Source: a virus
Reading direction: 5' to 3' (one strand)
DNA length: 64,000 nt
IMG/VR virus record: IMGVR_UViG_3300032224_001591
Location: 1 to 64,000 of that record
Of this stretch, positions 37,560 through 44,701 are shown piece after piece. Every line of letters begins with the position of its first letter. Position 1 is the first letter of the stretch. The notes beneath the pieces are model-generated. The model had not been told where the DNA came from. It was given only the letters and a program-made list of their open reading frames with translations, and searched no databases. A program made the position numbers and the translations under genes.

Positions 37560-37931
37560 ATGAATCCAGAATTTTTAAAACTAGTATCGTATTTATTTCA
37601 TTCAGCAACACAAGTTCATATATTTCATCTTCAAACAAATTCATATGCTGAACATAAAGCATTGAATAAATATTATGATAAAATCGTTGATTTGACAGAT
37701 GGTTTAATTGAGTCTTTTCAAGGTAAATATGATATCTTAAGAGATTATGAAAACTATGCTTTAGACAACTATAAAGATAATACTCAAGTCATAACATACT
37801 TTAAAGCATTATTAAAAACAGTAGAAACTTTAAGAATGTCTGTAGCAAATGATTCTTATTTACAAAACCAAATTGATACTATAGTTGAATTAATTACATC
37901 TACTTTATATAAATTAAGATTTTTACACTAA
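37560..37931 (+). CDS. Ferritin-like (Dps/DUF5856-type) protein
   Basis: H.FHLQT.SYAEHKAL..YY.....TDGLIESFQG...LYKL. Confidence 0.75.
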   Translation: MNPEFLKLVSYLFHSATQVHIFHLQTNSYAEHKALNKYYDKIVDLTDGLIESFQGKYDILRDYENYALDNYKDNTQVITYFKALLKTVETLRMSVANDSYLQNQIDTIVELITSTLYKLRFLH

Positions 37932-38431
37932 TGATCAAATTATTAGATTTATTAAGAGAAAATGATCCTAAAAAAGGTACAGGTAAAAAACCCGAAGGAT
38001 CAGGTCGTAGACTTTACACTGATGAAAATCCGAAAGATACAGTACATGTAAAATTTAAAACCGCTCAAGATATAAAAGATACTTTATCTAAAACAACGTT
38101 TAAATCAAAACCACACGCTCGTCAATCTCAAATAATTAATTTAATACATCAACGAGTAAGAGCAGCGTATAATAAAGCAAAAGATCCTGAAGTAAAATCA
38201 AGATTAAAACGTGCTTTAGATTATATTGAAAAACGTAAAGAAGCATCTAAAAAGAAAACCCAACAATTACAAAAAGAAGCTTCATCTTTAGCACAACAAG
38301 CAGCTATTGCTATCGCTAAAAAGAAAAGTGGTAAATATGATAAAGAAGGTAAACGTATAAAAGAAACAGCAAATCCACAATCAGGTAAATCATCACCTTA
38401 TGGTTCAGGATATGCTCCCGTAAAAAAATAA
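37931..38431 (+). CDS. Basic hypothetical protein with MIKLLDLLRE leader
   Basis: DPKKGTGKKP.GSGRRLYTDENP. Confidence 0.7.
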   Translation: MIKLLDLLRENDPKKGTGKKPEGSGRRLYTDENPKDTVHVKFKTAQDIKDTLSKTTFKSKPHARQSQIINLIHQRVRAAYNKAKDPEVKSRLKRALDYIEKRKEASKKKTQQLQKEASSLAQQAAIAIAKKKSGKYDKEGKRIKETANPQSGKSSPYGSGYAPVKK

Positions 38432-38449
38432 TATATTTATAAATAAATT

Positions 38450-38767
38450 ATGGTTAAACTTATTCACTTATTAACTGAAGCTAAAGAAAGCTTTGAAACA
38501 TTTGCTAAAAATCGTTTAGCTGGTGCCGAAAAAATTATAGCTAATGCTAAAGAAAAGGGTGGTGATGCTTTATTAACGTATAATCACTTTAAAGTAAAAC
38601 CATCTTATTACAAGAAAGCAATAGATGGTAAATTTGATAAAGAAGCTGCTCAAAAAGAATTCGAAGAAACATATAAAAAAATCTCATTAGATATGACCCA
38701 AACCGAATTTCAAAAAGAAGTTGGTCGTTTAGAGGTATTAGGTGAATTATTAATAAGAGAAAAATGA
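38450..38767 (+). CDS. Hypothetical protein with MVKLIHLLTE leader
   Basis: ORF downstream of ATATTTAT. Confidence 0.7.
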   Translation: MVKLIHLLTEAKESFETFAKNRLAGAEKIIANAKEKGGDALLTYNHFKVKPSYYKKAIDGKFDKEAAQKEFEETYKKISLDMTQTEFQKEVGRLEVLGELLIREK

Positions 38768-39177
38768 TTAAATTATCAAAAATATTAAACGAGGCAGAAT
38801 TAGATAAATGTCCTGCTCCAACTCAAAATATTGAGTTAAATTTAAAAAATAGACAAATAGCTATTGAAAAATATGGCTATGGTCCTCTTAATCCTAATGA
38901 ACCAAATATAAAGTTTTGGGAAAAAAAGGTTGAAATGTGGAATCTTGATTCTATAGAAGAAGCTAAAAAATCACGTTGTGGTAATTGTGCGGCTTTTGAT
39001 ATCACTGAAAAAACATTAGATTGTATAGCTAAAGGAATAGGTAATGATGAAGGATCAGAAGATCCATTTGATGTAATTAAAGTTGGACAATTAGGATATT
39101 GTAGATTTTTAAAATTTAAATGTGCTGCTACTCGTACCTGTGATGCTTGGGTTGTTGGAGGTCCTTTAACTGATTAA
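38764..39177 (+). CDS. Cys-rich metal-binding protein (HiPIP-like spacing) with MIKLSKILNE leader
   Basis: RCGNCAAF...GYC....FKC....TCDAW. Confidence 0.6.
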   Translation: MIKLSKILNEAELDKCPAPTQNIELNLKNRQIAIEKYGYGPLNPNEPNIKFWEKKVEMWNLDSIEEAKKSRCGNCAAFDITEKTLDCIAKGIGNDEGSEDPFDVIKVGQLGYCRFLKFKCAATRTCDAWVVGGPLTD

Positions 39178-39181
39178 AATA

Positions 39182-39442
39182 ATGAGACCATATAAAGATA
39201 TAGAAATAACAGATAAATACATTATTCGTGAGTTTAATGAAACTATAGATCCTATAGAATTAATGTGGCATCGCGATGATGAAGATAGAATAGTAGAGAT
39301 AGTAGGTAAAACAGATTGGAAATTACAATTAGATAATCAATTACCAACTTCAATAAACGATCCTATATTTATCCCAAGACATGAATGGCATCGTATATTA
39401 AAAGGAACAGGAAAATTAAGATTAAAAATACATAAAATTTAA
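39182..39442 (+). CDS. Small cupin-like protein
   Basis: LMWHRD.EDR...W...FIPRHEWHRI. Confidence 0.65.
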   Translation: MRPYKDIEITDKYIIREFNETIDPIELMWHRDDEDRIVEIVGKTDWKLQLDNQLPTSINDPIFIPRHEWHRILKGTGKLRLKIHKI

Positions 39443-39443
39443 A

Positions 39444-39529
39444 GGTTAGATTCATTGCCTAGCCGCCTCAGTTGAGGATTTATATATAAGAGGAGTAGTG
39501 GCCCGACCTGTAAAGGTTGGGCTTTCTCT
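39444..39529 (+). other. Multi-hairpin structured intergenic element ending in a terminator-like stem
   Basis: GGTTAG/CTAGCC, CCTC/GAGG, GCCCGACCT-GTAA-AGGTTGGGC, AGAGGA/TTCTCT. Confidence 0.55.
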
Positions 39530-39531
39530 AT

Positions 39532-39562
39532 TTGGAAAACTAAAAAAAATTTATTATATTAA
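39532..39562 (+). promoter_or_regulatory. Host-sigma-type promoter (variant)
   Basis: TTGGA-N15-TATTATATTAA. Confidence 0.5.
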
Positions 39563-39590
39563 GGGGTTGGTCTGATGGAATTTTACAAGT

Positions 39591-39731
39591 ATGGAAGAAA
39601 ATATAATATATAAAATAGAATTACTTCAACTTATTGAATCTAAATATAATATTGAAATAAAAGATGAAGAAGTTGAAAATATAATTACATTTGAAGATTT
39701 AATTAATTTAATAAAAAACAAATTAAATTAA
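39591..39731 (+). CDS. 46-aa truncated acyl-carrier-protein-like peptide (not in ORF track)
   Basis: MEENIIYKIELLQLIESKYNIEIKDEEVENIITFEDLINLIKNKLN* resembles ACP helices II-IV. Confidence 0.65.
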   Translation: MEENIIYKIELLQLIESKYNIEIKDEEVENIITFEDLINLIKNKLN

Positions 39732-39733
39732 AT

Positions 39734-40381
39734 ATGACTCGAATTTATCTTGTTGAAAAATGTTATGGTGATCCTAATAAAGTTTATATTGGAAAAACTA
39801 AAAATAGTAGAATCCAACCTCATAAAGCTAAATATGGAAAAAATATAATATATACTATTATTGATCAAATTAATAGTTTAAACCATAAAGAATGGAAACC
39901 ATTAGAATCATATTGGATAGAACAGTTTAGACAATGGGGGTTTGAATTAATGAATATTAATAAAAATGGGGGACAAGGGCCTGGGGTTTATTCTGAAGAG
40001 TCTAAAAATAAAATGAGAAAAAAACGAAAACTTGGAACTGGTAAAAAAATAAGTAAAAAATTAAAAGAAAATAATCATTCCCAATATTACACAGATGAAG
40101 TTAGATTAAAAATAAGTAAAGGTAATAAAGGTTTATCTAAACCATTTACTAAAGAACATCAACAAAATATATTATTAGCTAAACGTAAACAAGCAAAACC
40201 GGTATTGATGTTTGATTTAGAAGATAATTTAATTAAAGAATGGGAAAGTAAAGGACAAGCAGCGGAGTGGGTAAAAGAACAAACAGGTAAAACAAGCAAT
40301 TTGGTTTCTCAAATAAAAGATTGTATATTGGGAAGACAAAAAACAGCTTTTGGATATAAATGGAAATATAAAATAATATGA
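39734..40381 (+). CDS. Free-standing GIY-YIG homing endonuclease-like protein (NUMOD repeats)
   Basis: RIYL...VYIGKT, LESYWI, SEESKNKM, KPVLMFDLEDNLIKEWES...KTAFGYKWKY. Confidence 0.8.
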   Translation: MTRIYLVEKCYGDPNKVYIGKTKNSRIQPHKAKYGKNIIYTIIDQINSLNHKEWKPLESYWIEQFRQWGFELMNINKNGGQGPGVYSEESKNKMRKKRKLGTGKKISKKLKENNHSQYYTDEVRLKISKGNKGLSKPFTKEHQQNILLAKRKQAKPVLMFDLEDNLIKEWESKGQAAEWVKEQTGKTSNLVSQIKDCILGRQKTAFGYKWKYKII

Positions 40382-41676
40382 AACATACTAAAAAAATTGT
40401 AATCGTAGGAAGTGGTGTAGCAGGTATCAATGCTGCAACTAAATTAGTGGATAATGGATATCCGGGTGAACTAATAACAATAATTGATAAAGGAAGTGAT
40501 CCTCACAATCGCTTACCTAGTGAAGTAATGTGTGGTTTTGCAGGAGCAGGAGCATGGAGTGATGGTAAATTAACTTATCACACATCAATTGGTGGTCAAT
40601 TATCAAAATATTGTGGTGAAGAAAAAGCAATGGAATTAATGAAACAAGTAGTAGATAACTTTACTCGTTTCCATCCAAAACCAGAAGAAATCTTTATGTC
40701 TGATCCACAGGAAGAACCTGAATTTATTAAACCATACTTTGGTTTGAGAATGTTTCCAGTATGGCATATTGGATCTAATTTCCTTCACGAGATTGCTAAA
40801 ACATGGTATCAATATTTGTTAGATAAAGGAGTTAAATTTATATGGAATACTGAAGTAACACATATTGATTTTGAATCTCAGAGTATTTTTACACATCATA
40901 AATTTCCCACATTTGATTATGATCAACTTATATTTGGTGTAGGTAAATCAGGTATTGACTTTGCTCAAAAACTATCTGATGACTATGAATTACCAACTGA
41001 ACCTAAATCAGTACAAATTGGAGTTCGATTTGAAGCACCACAAAAATATTTCCAAAAATTAATTGATATATCTTATGATTTTAAATTGTATCAAAAATTT
41101 GATAATGTTAGTTTACGTTCATTTTGTACTAACAATAACGCTGCATATGTTGCTGTTGAAGAAACTTATGGTGATGTTACATACAATGGTCACGCGAAAA
41201 AAGGTGAAGAATTTAGAAACAATATGACCAACTTTGGTATATTAATGGAAATTAAAGGTATCGAAGATCCATTTAAATGGAGTAGAGATGTAGTACAAAA
41301 ATTACAATTAAATAATACTGGATTATATTATTCACCTAATAATACTCGTACACCAGCATTAACATCTGAAGGTACTACAGTATCATCAGTTCAAATTTCA
41401 AATTTAGATACATTTAAAGAATCAATAGGTGTGTATGCTGATTATATTATTAACTTTATTGATGATATGAATAAAATATTTGATTTTGGTGATGATTGGG
41501 GTATGTATATTCCTGAAGTAAAATATCTTTCACCTGAACCATTAGTTAATTACGATAATTTATCTTTAACTGAATATCCAAATGTTCACTTTGTAGGTGA
41601 TGCTTTAAGTGCTAGAGGAATTACAGTATCAGGAGCGCACGGAATTTACGTTGCCGAATATTTATCGCAAAAATAG
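40378..41676 (+). CDS. FAD/NAD(P)-dependent oxidoreductase
   Basis: IVIVGSGVAG Rossmann motif; GFAGAGAWSDGKL; IGVRFE; RSFC; VHFVGD. Confidence 0.88.
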   Translation: MKHTKKIVIVGSGVAGINAATKLVDNGYPGELITIIDKGSDPHNRLPSEVMCGFAGAGAWSDGKLTYHTSIGGQLSKYCGEEKAMELMKQVVDNFTRFHPKPEEIFMSDPQEEPEFIKPYFGLRMFPVWHIGSNFLHEIAKTWYQYLLDKGVKFIWNTEVTHIDFESQSIFTHHKFPTFDYDQLIFGVGKSGIDFAQKLSDDYELPTEPKSVQIGVRFEAPQKYFQKLIDISYDFKLYQKFDNVSLRSFCTNNNAAYVAVEETYGDVTYNGHAKKGEEFRNNMTNFGILMEIKGIEDPFKWSRDVVQKLQLNNTGLYYSPNNTRTPALTSEGTTVSSVQISNLDTFKESIGVYADYIINFIDDMNKIFDFGDDWGMYIPEVKYLSPEPLVNYDNLSLTEYPNVHFVGDALSARGITVSGAHGIYVAEYLSQK

Positions 41677-41733
41677 CTATGACTTTTGACCCAAACGAAG
41701 AATATCCAGAATTCATCGAAAATTTTTAAAATT

Positions 41734-41982
41734 ATGAAAAAAGAAACATTAGAAACAAAATGTCTGAAACAAGCAGACGGAACTATCGTCTACTACTTCC
41801 AAAATAAAATGCACAATTGGGATGGACCAGCTTATATTCCCCAAGGTGATAAACGTAGAGCTGAATATTACTTATTCGGTGTAAAACAAACTAAAGGTCA
41901 ATGGTTAGAAGCTAAAAAAGATGTTAACGGCGTTCCGTTTCATAAAACAGCTGCGGGAAAACAAGCAGGAGTTCGTGCTTAA
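41734..41982 (+). CDS. Hypothetical protein (HxxDGPA family)
   Basis: MHNWDGPAYIP...EYYLFG; ATG41734. Confidence 0.7.
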   Translation: MKKETLETKCLKQADGTIVYYFQNKMHNWDGPAYIPQGDKRRAEYYLFGVKQTKGQWLEAKKDVNGVPFHKTAAGKQAGVRA

Positions 41983-41983
41983 T

Positions 41984-42014
41984 TTGGAGAAGCAAAATAA
42001 AAGTCGTATATTTA
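41984..42014 (+). promoter_or_regulatory. Host-sigma-type promoter, probably giving a leaderless mRNA
   Basis: TTGGA-N15-TCGTATATTTA, 4 nt before ATG42019. Confidence 0.7.
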
Positions 42015-42018
42015 CGTT

Positions 42019-42543
42019 ATGAAAATTGGTTTATGTGGTACAGTGTCTGTTGGGAAGACAACACTTGTCAATGCTCTTAAAGAAGTAGAGCAATTTAAAG
42101 ATTATGAATTTGCTACTGAGCGTAGTAAATATTTAAGGGATCAAGGTATTGCTTTAAATACTGATTCAACGTTAAAAGGACAAATTGTATTTGCTGCTGA
42201 ACGTGCTCTTGAATTAATGAAAGAAAATATCATTACTGATAGAACAATTTATGATGTTATAGCATTTACATTTAGTGCTGAATCAATATTAGATTTTGAA
42301 AAACGTGATTTTGCAGATTTAATGTTTCGTTTAGCAAAAGAATATGATGTTGTTATTTACGTATCACCAGAAGGCGTTGAAATTGAAGATAATGGTGTTC
42401 GTACAATAGATGCGAAATATCGTGATTCAATTGATAATGCTATTAAATTAATGTTAAATGAATGGCCTCCAGTTAAATTAATTGAAATTAAGGGTACAAC
42501 TGAGGAAAGAATTGAAACAATTAAAGGAGCACTATTTTCGTAA
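42019..42543 (+). CDS. AAA_28/NadR-like nucleoside/nucleotide kinase
   Basis: GTVSVGKTT, IITDRT.YD, EDNGVR. Confidence 0.8.
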   Translation: MKIGLCGTVSVGKTTLVNALKEVEQFKDYEFATERSKYLRDQGIALNTDSTLKGQIVFAAERALELMKENIITDRTIYDVIAFTFSAESILDFEKRDFADLMFRLAKEYDVVIYVSPEGVEIEDNGVRTIDAKYRDSIDNAIKLMLNEWPPVKLIEIKGTTEERIETIKGALFS

Positions 42544-42568
42544 TATTTATATATAAACACTAACGCAA

Positions 42569-43042
42569 ATGAAAAAATCTGAATTAAAAAAATATATTAA
42601 AGAAACAATTATTGCTGAGTTAATGGAAGAAACTACAATTGTAGGTCCTAAAACAGACCCAGCAAAAGCAACAGATATAGCTAAAAATGAAAAAACAGAT
42701 GTAAATACTGTAAAATCAGCAATATCACAAGCAAGAAAAACAAATACATCTATAAATGTAGCTGAAGCTAAAAAAGACGAAGAAGATACTGAAGATGATG
42801 AAGAAAAATTAGATAAAAAAGCACAAGCCGCAGCTAAAAAAGGTGGTGGTAAAGTAGGTAAATTACAACGCGTTACTGCTCAATTAAAAGAGTTAGAAAA
42901 AGAAATGAAAGAACTAGTAGGCAAATGGAAAAAAGCTGAAGGTAAAGAAAAAGAAACGTTACTAAGCAAATTAAAAGAAAAAACTAAAGCTAAAAAAGAA
43001 TTAGAAGCTTTAGAAGATAAATTAGCAGATGCTATTGTTTAG
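42569..43042 (+). CDS. Charged coiled-coil protein with MKKSELKKYIKE leader
   Basis: ORF downstream of ATATTTAT. Confidence 0.7.
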   Translation: MKKSELKKYIKETIIAELMEETTIVGPKTDPAKATDIAKNEKTDVNTVKSAISQARKTNTSINVAEAKKDEEDTEDDEEKLDKKAQAAAKKGGGKVGKLQRVTAQLKELEKEMKELVGKWKKAEGKEKETLLSKLKEKTKAKKELEALEDKLADAIV

Positions 43043-43061
43043 TATCTAAAAAAACTTAGAT

Positions 43062-43097
43062 AGCCTATAGCATCTCAACCATGTTATAGGCTTTTTT
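43062..43097 (+). terminator. Intrinsic terminator
   Basis: AGCCTATAGCAT-CTCAACC-ATGTTATAGGCT followed by a T run. Confidence 0.7.
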
Positions 43098-43105
43098 AAA
43101 CATTT

Positions 43106-44677
43106 ATGAGTCAAGATTTAAAACAAATTATCCGACAGGAATATCTTTTATGTGCCCAAGACCCGGCGCACTTTATGAAGAAATACTGTAATATACAACA
43201 CCCACAACGTGGTCGTGTTATATTTAACTTATACCCATTTCAAGGTAAAGTATTAAATTTATGGAAGGATAATCCATATTCAATTATCCTAAAATCAAGA
43301 CAATTAGGTATATCAACATTAGCCGCAGGTTATTCTTTATGGTTAATGTTATTTCAAAAGGATAAAAACGTACTTTGTTTAGCAACAAAACAAGAAACAG
43401 CTAAAAACATGGTTACGAAGGTAAAATTCATGTATGAAAATCTACCTTCATGGCTTAAAGTACCAGCCGAAGAAAATAATAAACTAACACTCAGATTAAA
43501 TAATGGTTCTCAGATTAAAGCAGTATCAGCAGCAGGTGATGCTGGTCGATCTGAAGCCGTATCTTTGTTAATTGTCGATGAGGCCGCTTTTATTGAAAAT
43601 ATTGGTGAGATATGGGCTTCAGCACAACAAACCCTAGCAACGGGTGGTGGTGCTATTGTATTATCTACACCTTACGGTACTGGTAACTGGTTCCATCAAA
43701 CATGGGTTAAAGCAGAAAATGCTGAAAATGACTTTTTACCAATTAAATTACCTTGGTATGTTCACCCTGAACGAAATGAGGCTTGGAGAAAACGACAAGA
43801 TGAATTACTAGGTGATCCTAGATTAGCAGCACAAGAGTGTGATTGCGACTTTAGCACCTCAGGTGACGTTGTGTTTTACCCTGAATGGATTGATTTTATA
43901 AAAGAAACTACTGTACAAGATCCAATGGAAAGAAGAGGTGCAGATCAAAATCTTTGGATTTGGGAACAAGCCGATTATTCTAGAGACTATATGGTTTTAG
44001 CCGATGTAGCCAGAGGTGATGGTAAAGACTTTTCCGCATTTCACGTTATTGACATTGCTACAAACACACAAGTAGCAGAATATAAAGGCCAAATGCCTCC
44101 AAAAGAATTTGGATATTTTGTAACCGCTATTGCTACCGAATACAACCAAGCATTATTAGTATGTGAAAATGCCTCTATTGGTTGGGCTGCTATAGATGCA
44201 ATATTGGAAAGAGGATACAGAAATGTATATTATTCTCCAAAAACAGAAGCACTAACTGTAGATTCATTCTTTAACAAGTATGAAAATAGTGATAGTGTAA
44301 CTCCTGGTTTTACAATGTCACTTAAAACACGTCCTTTAGTAATAAATAAATTTAAAGAATATATTGGGGATAGATCAGTTACAATTCGTTCTAAACGTTT
44401 ACTTGAAGAAATGAAAGTATTTGTTTGGAAAAATGGTAGAGCTGAAGCACAAACCGGTTACAATGACGATTTAGTAATGTCATTCGGTATTGGAATGTAT
44501 TTAAGAGATACATCATTAAAATTTCAATCACAAAGCCAAGATCTTACCCGCGCAGCATTAGGTAATATGGGAAAATCAAATCCTACACAAGGTGCTTATT
44601 TTGCATCAGGACGCGATAATCCATACCATATTGATAATGGAGCTAAAGGAAAGGAAGATATTAGTTGGCTTTTTTAA
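43106..44677 (+). CDS. terL: Terminase large subunit (T4 gp17-like)
   Basis: KSRQLGIST, LIVDEAAF, LSTPYG, ADVARGDGKDFS, NDDLVM. Confidence 0.95.
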   Translation: MSQDLKQIIRQEYLLCAQDPAHFMKKYCNIQHPQRGRVIFNLYPFQGKVLNLWKDNPYSIILKSRQLGISTLAAGYSLWLMLFQKDKNVLCLATKQETAKNMVTKVKFMYENLPSWLKVPAEENNKLTLRLNNGSQIKAVSAAGDAGRSEAVSLLIVDEAAFIENIGEIWASAQQTLATGGGAIVLSTPYGTGNWFHQTWVKAENAENDFLPIKLPWYVHPERNEAWRKRQDELLGDPRLAAQECDCDFSTSGDVVFYPEWIDFIKETTVQDPMERRGADQNLWIWEQADYSRDYMVLADVARGDGKDFSAFHVIDIATNTQVAEYKGQMPPKEFGYFVTAIATEYNQALLVCENASIGWAAIDAILERGYRNVYYSPKTEALTVDSFFNKYENSDSVTPGFTMSLKTRPLVINKFKEYIGDRSVTIRSKRLLEEMKVFVWKNGRAEAQTGYNDDLVMSFGIGMYLRDTSLKFQSQSQDLTRAALGNMGKSNPTQGAYFASGRDNPYHIDNGAKGKEDISWLF

Positions 44678-44701
44678 TATTTATTCGTATATTATAATCA
44701 T

